A stretch of DNA of 63,518 nt, the filler included, from Octopus bimaculoides (Eukaryota), in the NCBI RefSeq assembly GCF_001194135.2. It is 7 parts of 7 records of this genome, joined end to end, with 100 filler letters (N's around TTAATTAATTAA, not from the genome) between each part and the next. Parts side by side here need not be neighbours in the genome. Positions count along the whole stretch, not along the records: positions 44,654 to 53,979 come from NC_068991.1; positions 54,080 to 60,072 come from NC_068986.1; positions 60,173 to 63,518 come from NC_068990.1; 4 more parts are not named here. The stretch is one strand, 5' to 3'. A program made the position numbers and the translations under genes. The notes beneath the pieces are model-generated. The model worked only from the letters and a program-made list of their open reading frames with translations. It did not search any database and had not been told where the DNA came from. How positions within the stretch are numbered: position 1 is the stretch's first letter; each line of letters opens with the position of its first letter. Shown here in pieces: positions 48,227 through 60,211 of the stretch.

Positions 48227-49305
48227 CATACACACACATACATACATAAATACATATATATATATATACATACATAATGCACTCATAAATGTGTGTGTGT
48301 ACGTTCACTCTCGTAGATGCCACCCCAGGAAAGAGATCGTCGCTCTTCTCAGAGCCGAAGAACACTGAAACTTGAACGACCATCAGGCTTATTTCCTAGC
48401 CCTAGGCTTGCAGCTGAAAGTAGATTTTTATGGAAGGGTTAAAGTTTCCAGATCACATCGTACAAGCAACACTCTGACCAGACATAATGATCTCAAATTC
48501 CGCTAAACAGTTGATCGTGTGGGAACTGACTGTGTACCCTGGGAGGAATACACGGATTAGTAGATTGGCAGAATCGTTAGAGCGTCGGAAAATAAATGTT
48601 TTGTACTATTTGTTTCAAATCTTTACGTTCTGAGATCAAATTCTGCTGGCATCATCTTAACCTTTCATCCCTCCGAGGTTGTTAAAATAAAGTACCATTC
48701 AAGTAATGGGATTGGTGTTATCTTCCATTTAACGATTATTAAAGAGGTTACAGGAAAACTATTGAAGAGGTTGTAAGAAACAACGAAAGTTTTAGGGTTA
48801 GAAAAAAAATATAATAATATTATTTTGGAAAAAAAAATAATAATAAACAAGTAAATGAGTGGAAATCGAACCGGTGAGTGTGTTAATTAATTAGGCATTA
48901 AAACGAAATGACTCACCCCAAGCACAATAAAAACCAGTCTTCTATTCAATTGTGTTTTAATTATAAATAATAATTATTTTATGGAGATGTGAAGGCTTCG
49001 AACTGACAGAACCATTGGTGCGTCGGTTAAATTACTTAGCGGCATTTCTTCCGGCTCATTACATTTTTATAAAAGCGGTGGGCTGGCAGAATCATTAGTA
49101 CACCGAACAAAATGCTTGCAGCATTTCGTTCGTCTCTATGCTTTGAGTTCAAATTTCACCGAAGTCGACTTTGCTTCTCATTCTTTCGAGGTCAATAAAA
49201 TAAGGACAAATCAAACACTAGGGTCGATGTTGTCGAATTGCTCCTTCCACTAAAATTGCTGGCCTTGTGTCTGAATTTGAAACCATTATTAAGACACCGA
49301 ACGAA

Positions 49306-49800
49306 TGATACTACTTTGGTGTGTGATCCACAAGGAAGATTACTTTAGGTTACTTTTTAGTTTAGTTTTCAATTTCTAAAAGCTCATAAGATGTTGGCTA
49401 AAGATTTTTACAATGTGATCAGCGGCGTAACGAAGGCAGTTGCATTTTTTACAAGAAACCGAAAAGTAGTTCCATTCTTACAAGAAACCAGTACTAAATT
49501 CACATCATTTCTTAAGAAAAAGAAGGGTGCCACTTTAGCGAGTGATCTACAATTTAAAAGGAGATTACTTTCGGTTACTTTTTAGTTTGCTTTGTGTTAG
49601 TGCTACTTTCCGTGTGATCTACGTGAGAAAATTTACTTTGGTGGGTGATTTTCGCGCTTATGTTAATTATTGTATGAGTTTATTATTATTAAAATAGTAA
49701 GAATTTTGAAAAAATGCATTTACAATGCTAAGTATGTACAAAATAATTTTAAAAGTAACCTAAAGTAATCCACCATGTAGATCACACGCCAAAGTAGCAT
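49306..49800. mobile_element. MITE with about 50-bp TIRs and an 8-bp TSD (hAT-like), inserted in a SINE head
   Basis: TGATACTACTTTGGTGTGTGATCCAC...GATTACTTTAGGTTACTTTT is inverted at 49751-49800. CGAACGAA is duplicated at 49298-49305 and 49801-49808. Confidence 0.72.
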
Positions 49801-50429
49801 CGAACGAAATGCTTCACAGCTTTCCGTCTGTGTTAAGGTTCTGTGTTCAAATACCACCGAGGCAGACTTTTCTTTTTTTTCTTTTTTCTTTTCGGGATTG
49901 ATAAAATAAGAACCAATTGAGTAATGGGATCGATGTTATCGATTATCCCCTCCCCACCGACAATTTCAGGGCTAGTGCCTATTGTAGAAAAGATTATTTT
50001 TATGGCAATGATTACTTGGCGGTATTACTTCTGACTCTTTACGTTCTGCGTTCAAATCCCGCCGAGGACAACTTTACCTTTCGTCCTTTGTTGTTTTTGC
50101 GATACTTAACACAGAGCAGTTTTGAAACCGCCTTAAGGCTGACAGCTACATCTTCTTTTCCCCCTCAAGACGTGCTCCTTCGGTCTCTGTCTACCAGCTG
50201 TCGTCTACAAGGCAGCAGAGCAGTGATCGATACCCATCATGGTAGGCCTATTTATTGCATTGACTTTACAGCTACTCCGAGATACGCAAAGTTAGTCTGT
50301 GACTGCAAAGTACCCAGTTACCATGTGTGATCATACGTAAAAAGTCTGGTAGGACCCTCTTTTCGACGGAAAGTCTGTGTTTTGGCAGGAAAAACATATA
50401 CACTAGGTCGGTTCTCACTTTACTACAGT

Positions 50430-50635
50430 TGCACATGGCCCAGTGGTTAGAGTGTCGGTCTCACAATCATGAGTTAATGAGTTCGTTTCCCCAACTAGTG
50501 CCAATCTGTACTGGCCATTGCTTTTCTCTTGAACATCATTCGTGGTGTGGAGAGGGGGAGGCTAGTATGTATGTGCTTTGGAAGGGAACTTTCTAGGTGC
50601 AATCCCATGGTCATTCATGACAGGAAGTGGCAGGA
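50430..50635 (+). mobile_element. Degenerate tRNA-headed SINE (family D)
   Basis: GCACATGGCCCAGTGGTTAGAGTGTCGGTCTCACAATC...GAGTTCGTTTCCC carries A and B boxes; the body differs from families A-C. Confidence 0.5.
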
Positions 50636-52803
50636 AGAGAGTTGCAATCACTGGCGCCCTAGATACATTATATTGGCATATATGGATGTATACAAACACA
50701 CACACACATACTCACACAGACAGACAAACACACACTCACTCATACACATCACACATATAGGGAGGGGAAAGGGAAGAAATTGTGGAGAAAAAAAAATCAG
50801 TTGTATAATATAAGGGAAATAACTCTAATCAAAACGAGTTACCTCCCGTTAATGACTTTACAATTCTTTATATTTTCATTAAAATTTATTTATTTAAAGT
50901 GGCGACTGGCAGAATCGTTTGAACACCGGACGAAATGCTTCGTGACATTTCTTCCGGCTATACTTTCGGAATTCAAATTCCGTCGAAGTCGACTTTACAT
51001 TTCGTTCTTTTGTGATCAAAAAAAAGAAAAAAAAAAAGTACCAACTTGAACACAGAGGTCGATGAAAGCGGCCCCTTTCTCAAAATTCCAGGCATTGTAC
51101 CTATAGTAGAAAGAGTTATTATTATTCTGTCGCATTTTGTCTTTTATCTTTTCGGGGTCAACAAAACATATACCAGTTGCGCAATGACCACTCCTCTACT
51201 CCCAAAACTTTATGCCTTGTGCCAATGGTAGAAAGAATTATCATTATTATTATTATTAGAATCGTTTATACGCCGGACAAAATGCTTAGTGGCTTTTCCT
51301 CCGTCTTTACTGAATTCGACAATACCCCTCCTCTCAAATTTCAAGCCTTGTACTTTTAGTAGAAAGGATTATTATTCTTATTTTTGAGGCGCTGAGCTGG
51401 CGAAATTGTTAAGTACCAGTAAAATTGAGTACCAATGAAACATTCGGATCAACGTGATCGACTAGTCCGCCCCGCCCCCACCCCGCAAAATTTCAGGCTT
51501 TGTGCGATTAGATCAGCCCCAGTAAGCATCTGGTATTTAATTTATCGACCCCGAGAGGATGAAAGGCAAAAATGACTTCGGCAGAATTTGAACTCAGAAT
51601 GTAAGGACAGATAAAGTACTACTAAGCATTTTGCTTCGCGTGCTAAAGTTTCTGCCAGTTCGACGCCTTAATAATGATAAAACAGCGCAGGGCCAGCAAT
51701 TTCTGAGGGGAAAGGGAAGTTGATTACATCAACCCCAGTGTTTTACTGGTACTTATTTTATCAACCCTAAAAGGATGAAAGGCAAAGTTAGCCTTAACAG
51801 AATTTGATCTCTGATCTCGAAGACAAACGAAATGCTGCTAAGCATTTAGTGTGGCANNNNNNNNNNNNNNNNNNNNNNNNNNNNNNNNNNNNNNNNNNNN
51901 NNNNNNNNNNNNNNNNNNNNNNNNNNNNNNNNNNNNNNNNNNNNNNNNNNNNNNNNNNNNNNNNNNNNNNNNNNNNNNNNNNNNNNNNNNNNNNNNNNNN
52001 NNNNNNNNNNNNNNNNNNNNNNNNNNNNNNNNNNNNNNNNNNNNNNNNNNNNNNNNNNNNNNNNNNNNNNNNNNNNNNNNNNNNNNNNNNNNNNNNNNNN
52101 NNNNNNNNNNNNNNNNNNNNNNNNNNNNNNNNNNNNNNNNNNNNNNNNNNNNNNNNNNNNNNNNNNNNNNNNNNNNNNNNNNNNNNNNNNNNNNNNNNNN
52201 NNNNNNNNNNNNNNNNNNNNNNNNNNNNNNNNNNNNNNNNNNNNNNNNNNNNNNNNNNNNNNNNNNNNNNNNNNNNNNNNNNNNNNNNNNNNNNNNNNNN
52301 NNNNNNNNNNNNNNNNNNNNNNATTTGGAAAGAATATTTCTTTAGCATTGATTCATTCTTCTGGCAAGGATATCGGCACTCGGAACCATCCATTTGTGCA
52401 TGTGTGAATTTTGTTTGTGCGGTTTCGCTGAGGAAATATAACAAATGAAATTAAATGAGGTTAAATAAAGTCAAAACAGTGAATGCAAACTCTCAGAGTC
52501 CCTTGGTTGAATAAATATCCAAGTCTTATAGACCTGCTGATCTTAAAGACCCGGCACTGAGAAGACCCATTGGTATAAGGCAGATCCAGTGTTCTTGTAA
52601 TTCCAGTGATGTATTGGTCTAAGACTTTGGTTCATTGGTATATCAAAACATTTAGGGCATCAAAATTTCAATGAACAAAAACGTTTTCATTCATATTGCA
52701 CACCTGCAGATATATTTGATGCTTGTGTGTGCATTGGTGTAAGAATACATGTATGTATGCATGTGTAGAATATGAGTATATGTGTATGTATATACATACA
52801 TAC

Positions 52804-52850
<47 letters not shown>

Positions 52851-52969
52851 TATATATTTATACATACATACATGCATGTACACATATATTTATATATATT
52901 TATACATACATACATACATACAACTACATATAGATCTATATATTCATGTATACACATGCATTGAGTCAT

Positions 52970-53006
<37 letters not shown>

Positions 53007-53051
53007 AATGTACGTATATATATNNNNNNNNNNACACACACATAAATGTAC

Positions 53052-53088
<37 letters not shown>

Positions 53089-53919
53089 GATAGATATATA
53101 TATATGCACACTTATGTTTGTGTATACATATAGGTACATATTTATATCTGTGTCTGTGTGTGTGTGCACGTTTTAATGCATTAATGGGTGCATACGTGTA
53201 TTTATATATCTATCCATGTGTATGTATGTATGTATGTATGTATGTATGCTTTTTGAGTTTCTTGCATATTGGATGAAGTGCATGTATTCTTCTAAATAAA
53301 GGCACATATTTATTAAATAATATATATATCTGTTAAAGAACACAAGTCTTGTATAAGTTTAGTGAAATATTGATCACAATTTTGTGTGAGAAAAAAACAA
53401 GGGGTTATGTTTTGGAAAACAATTTTATTGATCCTGTTTTGCTTATTTCTACTTCTCACGTGGATATCAATATTTGACAGACATGCATACATTTTGGGGA
53501 AAATTTTTGGCACCTTTAGTAAGCAAATTTCAGTGATTTGACTAATGATTAATGAAAGTTGGTCTCAGAATTCGGTGTTTTGTTTAGAGACAGAGAGAGC
53601 AAAAGCAAGGAGTGATAAAAAAAGAGAACTGTCATTGAAAAGTGGGGAAACAGCAATATGTTACAATGATTGGGTTGGCGGCTGGTTGTGTGGTATTGAC
53701 TTACAAATGGTTGCTATTCACAACCATTGCTATGAAAGGGTAAAATTTGAAAAAAAACATATTGGAAAATTTGAACCATCTTTCTATTGTTATCCTTTTA
53801 CAAGGCACAAACTGAATCTGTATGTCTGTGTGTATGTTAGTATGCATGTATGTGTATGTGTGAGTGTATACATATATGTACATATATGTATGTGTGTATA
53901 TATATGTATACATACATAC

Positions 53920-53979
<60 letters not shown>

Positions 53980-54079
53980 NNNNNNNNNNNNNNNNNNNNN
54001 NNNNNNNNNNNNNNNNNNNNNNNTTAATTAATTAANNNNNNNNNNNNNNNNNNNNNNNNNNNNNNNNNNNNNNNNNNNN

Positions 54080-54730
54080 GTGGTGGTGGTGGTGGTGGTG
54101 GTGGTGGTGGTGGCAGTAGTGGTAGAATGGAAAACAGGTGGTGGTGGTAGGAAAAGAAAGCAAGTAGAAAAGAAAAAAAAGAAAAGAAGACAAAGATTAA
54201 AATCTGTACAAGAAATAGTGAGGTGGTGTATGAGAGAAAGGATAGGATGAATGAATGAGAGAAAGAAATAAACACAGAAGCAAAGAGAAAGAAAGAAAGA
54301 AAGAAAGAAAGAAAACGAAAAGAAAACGGAAAAGGATATAAAGAAAATTAAAGAGAAAGAATACAAAGGGGAGAAAAGAAGGAAGGAAGACAAAAAGAAA
54401 CAAAGAAAAGAGAAAGATGTAAAAGAGAGAGAGAAAGAAAGAAAGAAAGACGGTAAGGAAGAAGGAAAAAGAAATAAAGAAAGAGAGAGAAAATGAATCA
54501 AGGAAAGAAAGAATAGGCGAAAGAAAGGCGAAAGAAGGAAAGAAAAAAAGAAAGAAAGAAAGAAAGACAGAAAGAAAGAAAACAGAAAAGGAAAAAAGAA
54601 AGGAAAGAGAACAAGAAAGGAAGAGGGGAAAGACGGAAAGAAAGAAGAAAGTGTACAAAAAAAAAGAGAAAGAGAAAGAGAAATATACACGGCAAATGTA
54701 AGGCAACGAATAGGATGCAGGTGAGGTTAG
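54080..54730 (+). repeat. About 650-nt purine-only-strand (GAAA/GA) low-complexity block
   Basis: Directly visible; source of the F/S/L-rich minus-strand ORFs. Confidence 0.85.
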
Positions 54731-54815
54731 AAAGAGCGTGGGAGAAAACATAGCAATTATATATATATATGTATATATATGCGTATGTAATTATCTATCT
54801 ATCAATCTATCTATG

Positions 54816-54870
<55 letters not shown>

Positions 54871-56329
54871 CTATCTTTCCATCTTTGTATCTCTATCTAT
54901 ATAACTTCTTTATATCTCTCTCTCCCTCTGTCTATCTATTTATCTTTCTATCGATCTGTTTGTCTGTCTATCTGTATCTACTCACGGATTTCTATGTGTG
55001 TATGCATGTGTGTGTGAATTTTAAACAAATATATCATTAATGAAATGAATATTCTAAGTAATGAAAATATGAATGGAATATCAGATTTATGGTAAGTAGA
55101 CATTAATGACTTTCATTCATGTTAATTCATATTCAGGAGAGAAGTATTTTACTAACCTGAACAATATTACACGCCTACACAAGTACTCACATACACACAT
55201 GCATATACACACATACACATATACATATACACACATACACACATGCATATACATACATACTTATATTCAATACACAATCCCATACGCCAATGGAAATTAA
55301 CTCATTGTTTTTCTAATTTAGTCACTTGGTTGGCTGAAGCTGTAGAACCACAAAGTAAACGCCGTGTATTTATTAGCTACGCATGCGAAGTGTTTGAGTT
55401 CAAATTTCACGAGAAGACTTAATCCTTCGTCAGTAAATAGTTTCGTCTTCATCATGCTGTGTCTTCAAATTCTGTAACGGCAGGCTTTACTTCACATCTT
55501 TCTAGACTTGGTAAAATAAATATTGCGGGGAGCTCTGTCTAATTAAATGAATCTGCTAAAATTTATAATTTTTTGTTCTAGAAATTATTATCCTTCACCT
55601 GGCTGTTGTTTTGTGGTTTTGAGGTAACATAAATGTGTTCTGTGGTTTTTAAGAAAGTTCTCAACGTAAGTATAAAACATTTCTGGATTCGCAATCTTTT
55701 TCATTATTTTGAAGTGATTTTTGGAAGTATATTTAAACTCATTGGTGTTGAATAAATTAACTAGCTGTTGCCTTCTTTTGATCATACCTGGAAAGAATTA
55801 TGATGGAAATATCTCTGGATTAAACCTAACCGTTTCAGGTACAAATTAACCTCGTATCAAATTAAAACTCGACTCAAATTTAGAAAAAGAAAATTTAAGG
55901 CGAATTAAGACAATCTGGAAGCTAATTAAGGTAATATTGCAGCAAACGGAAGCTATCCAGATTAAACACATTTAATTTCAATTTAATTCGTTCAAAATCT
56001 AAATTCATTTCATCAATTGTCTTAAACCTATAGTTTTGTATTTGTTTATGGATGACGAAAGTTAGATTCAAAACAATAAAAGCTTGTCTTTAATACACAA
56101 TCCAACACGTCAATGGAAATTAACTCATTGTTTTTTTCTAGTAAAGTAAATAGCAAAGCATATAAAAACTTTAGTCTTGAAACTGTACAATGTATTAAGG
56201 AAACATTATAAAATAGGTGCTACAGTGCGTCACATTTGTACACTAGACATCTCTGCAGAAAATTGCAAGAGGTAGAAGATGGATACGTTGAGTCACTTCT
56301 CGAATGTTTAAACGAACACCAACGATTAA

Positions 56330-57751
56330 CCCTTAGAATCCGAAATGCCGGTGCATCGGCACTAAGTCAAGGCAGTATATTCCCGAAATGCCGGTCTACC
56401 GGTATTCTACGTGTCTTCATTTTGTTACGCGCTATAAAAATAGCCACTTGAGCCACATAGCAACCAATCAGTGAGCGTGTTATTTCGAGTCTTCAGCATT
56501 CATATTCTGTCGTGGATTCCTTATTTCGTGCTTGAATTTTGCTGAGGATGATTTCAAAATGTGTCAGAGCTGAAGAAGCACTAGCTCAGTTTCTTAGTGG
56601 TGATGAAAAGCATTTAGACGAGTCTCATTGCTGTAACAAAAGTGATTTTGAGCAAGAAACTAGTTAAGAGTCGCCCAGCAATTCCGACAGTGATCAAAGG
56701 TGAACTTGTACGTAATGTAGACAATGCTGCACTGCAAGCCTACCCACCCAGGCTAATAGGAGGTGGGTGTTAGCAGAGGCTAGAGGGTGGTAGTAAACAT
56801 GAATATTCCTCATTCCTAGAGACGAAATACGGCTGGTTTTATAGCAAGACAGTTTAATCCTATCCACCCCACGGGCCCAAACGATATTCCACATCATATA
56901 AATGGTGAAAGTGGTTCCTTGGATTTCCTTTCTTTGTTCTGGGACGATGTGCCTTCAGACATTTTGGTTAGAGAAAGTAAGAATGCTACACGTGTCAAGG
57001 CTACTAAGCCCAATAACTATGCTGCAAAAATGGCATGACACGACAATAAAAGAGATGAAGGTCTTCTTTGGATGTAGAGTTGCCATAAAGATGTTAATTC
57101 ATAAGGATAGGTATGAAGAGTACTGACCGATTAGTGATGAAGTTCTTTATATAGATATCATTTAATGCTTATGTTTTGCAGGGATTTTACAAGCCCCATG
57201 TTCAGCCTAACAAAAGAACCTTCACATTCCAGGCTTTCTTGGATAAGCCTTTTCATGAACTAATCGGTGATGTGAGAGTCAGTACTCAAGCGGGATATGG
57301 TCATCCAACAACTGCAGAAGATCGTTTATTTGACGTTGGATTGCAAGAGGTGGAACGAGCTGAACCTGCAACCACAAACAATCGTTGTGTTGTGTGCATG
57401 GAGAAACATAGGCGGGATAAAAGAGCAAATCCTAATGCTCAATATAAGGACTTGCCAAAACTGTCTAAGACTATTTTCTGGTGTAACCACTGCAAAGTTT
57501 TCCTCTGTATTTGGAAAACAGGAGCAAACCGCTGACACGATTGGCACAGCAAAGTGCAGTATTGGAGATAAATTAGTGAAAATAGACTTTAGCATCTTGT
57601 ATTCTATCATTTTTCACCATTTTGTACCCTTGTGCTGTGAAACAAGCATATATTTCAGCATATATTCTAAAATTTAAAAAAAATTCAGTGGAACTCGCTG
57701 GGAGCTTAGGGTGGTGCATCCAATTCCTGTGGGTGTTTAGGGTTCAAAGAG
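56330..57751 (+). mobile_element. Internally deleted piggyBac element with both termini and TTAA TSDs
   Basis: TTAA (56326-29) then CCCTTAGAATCCGAAA; the right end is TTTAGGGTTCAAAGAG then TTAA (57752-55). Subterminal direct repeat CCGAAATGCCGGT x2. Transposase relics LQKWHDTTIKEMKVFFG...HKDRYEEY and the C-terminal Cys-rich domain RCVVC...KTIFWCNHCKVFLC (ORF 57176..57535). Confidence 0.85.
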
Positions 57752-58026
57752 TTAACATTGAATTATCACTGACAACATTCAACAAAGATAACGAGTCAAC
57801 TTTATGGAAGAGTGATTTCTTTAACACAAATATATTTACAAGCTGAGAAATTGTGTTCTGTATTTTCAAAACAAATGATTCCCATTGATTTATAAAAGGT
57901 GTGTTTCATACTTGTTAAAGATGTCAGTAAGAACTAAACTGTAATTAATTCCACATTAGGTAAAGAGATTAGAAATATAGTTTGATGGCCGCATTTAATT
58001 AAGAAAGAGATTAATTGTCTTTATAT

Positions 58027-58450
58027 TTTATTTTTTACTTGCTTCAGTCATTCGACTGCGGCCATGCTGGGGCACTGTCATGAAGAGGTTTAGTCGAACG
58101 AATCAAAAACCAGAGCTTATTTCTTTAATGTTGGTACTTATTCTATCAGGATCTTTTGCCGAACTGTTACGTTGTGGAGACGAAATTAGACAAACACCGG
58201 TTATCAAGCAGTGGTTGAGAACAAAACACAAAGACACACACACACGTACACACAAACAAACACACAAACATACACATACATATACATACATATATACATA
58301 AAACGGGCTTCTTTCAGTTTCCCTCTACGAAATCCCCTTGCAAGATTTTGGCAGCCTAGGGCTATAGTAGAAGGCACTTGCGTAAGGCTCTAGGCAGTGG
58401 GACTTAACCCAGAACCTTGCAGATGGGCAGCAAGCTTCTTAACATACATG
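58027..58450 (-). mobile_element. SINE family A, full length
   Basis: Reverse of the family A tail (CAGTCATTCGACTGCGGCCATGCTGG), a CA core, and the head (GGACTTAACCCAGAACC...AAGCTTCTTAAC). Confidence 0.82.
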
Positions 58451-60020
58451 AGAGTTTATTCAATTCGTTTTAAAATTATTTTAAGCTGCATCAAGTTTAT
58501 TTAAGCTTGTTATTGAAATGCGATGCAGTTCCAACAATAATTATACATTCAGTCTTAATAGCAAATATCTGGCTGTTTGATTGAAAAGGTTGGTTTGAAC
58601 TAATTGTTTTAGATTCGATTCCACTCTACGACACATTAACTGTCTTCTGCATAGCCCTAGATTGATCCAAATATTGTGAGGGAAATTTGATTGAGGTAAA
58701 CTGCGTGAAAAATCTTCGGATAGAATTTATATAGTCTTGAGTAGTAGATTTCAACCATCGTCCGATTCAACAAAGATAAATTATGTCCCAGTGAAGTATA
58801 TCGAGTTAACTTTATGGAAGAGTGGTTTCATTAACACAAGTATATTTACAACCAGAGGAACAAATAGAAAACGTTTCCTGGTTCTGGGTACCTTTGTCAG
58901 GATGTACTGTTTTGTAAGTATTTGGACGAGGTTCTACGAATGAGGAAAGTTCCTGTCTCACACTACCCACCTGTCTTGGAGGAGCAGAAACAATTTGAAA
59001 CGTGCTACTCTTCCCCGTTTCAAAACAAGGTCGGTGTCACAATTTTCTAGGCCAGCACTATAACGTTCCCCCTTACACTCAGTCTTACAATGTTCAGATG
59101 TCCAGACTATTGTTACTACAATGTCCAGGCTGTTTTCTCAGCCCTACAATATCCAGCTGTTTATAGTTTTGCAATGTATGACTTTTTCTCTCGACCCTAC
59201 CATATCCGCCCCTTTCCCAATTCTAAACTGTGCAACCTCTTCCCACAGCCCACCAATGTGCACCCTTCCTATTAACCATACGAAGTGATTTTCTCCCTTC
59301 CCAGTCTTCATCGTATTTTTTCCCCTTCCCATTGGCAAGACCTTATTACAGTTATTTCCCCTCATTCATGATCCTAAACATTATAATCTCAATATATAAC
59401 TACATGAATGATATTAATCAATCGGGTTTCCAACTCACATTATTATATATATACAAGATCGCATTTATCTGAAAGCAGTGTAATCGAAGGAAGCGACCCC
59501 TAAGAATGTCTTCGACTTATTTTACCTTCTCAGAACAAGTAAAGACCATTGTTAAATACTTAACATAACGTTAGTGATGAAAACACAATAGATTTGAACT
59601 TGCACTTTAAAATTCGACAATTTGTGACATAAGAAAATAGAAAAATCACAACTTCGAATGTTCTGGTATTTTTCTTCTGAGATGCTCCTGGAAAAGTGGT
59701 TTGTTTCAATTTGTTCAAGATCTCACAGAAACAATAAAACACAATATGGTGTTTCGGAAAAAAAGAATTAAAAGATAAAAAAACAAAACTTATCAATTGC
59801 AAAATTACATTTGCCGTTCTTTGCTTTTCCTTTTTTACCTTACAAGTAAACCAATCCCTAAACTTTAACCTATAGTCACGTGATTAAGGTATTTTGGAAA
59901 TATATTATAGCTTCCTTCTTTGCCTATTCATCATTATTTACAGGCACCCGTGTGTGTGTGCGTGTGTAGGGATATCTACGTGTATTTCTATATGTGTGTG
60001 TGTGTGTGTGTGTGTGTACA

Positions 60021-60072
<52 letters not shown>

Positions 60073-60172
60073 NNNNNNNNNNNNNNNNNNNNNNNNNNNN
60101 NNNNNNNNNNNNNNNNTTAATTAATTAANNNNNNNNNNNNNNNNNNNNNNNNNNNNNNNNNNNNNNNNNNNN

Positions 60173-60211
<39 letters not shown>

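Larger units (their letters stand above)
48560..51856. mobile_element. Dense cluster of at least 10 SINE family B copies or fragments, both orientations
   Basis: GGCAGAATCGTT / TTCAAATT..GTCGACTTT / AGAAAGGATTATT units at about 48560, 49075, 49290+49801, 50020, 50895, 51130, 51260 and 51385 (+), and 51495 and 51685 (-). Confidence 0.75.

Noticed and set aside
55400-55435. Minus-strand CTGACGA-AGGA..TCTT...GAAA motif
   Set aside because: It lies in a decayed SINE B body, with no stem I or III.
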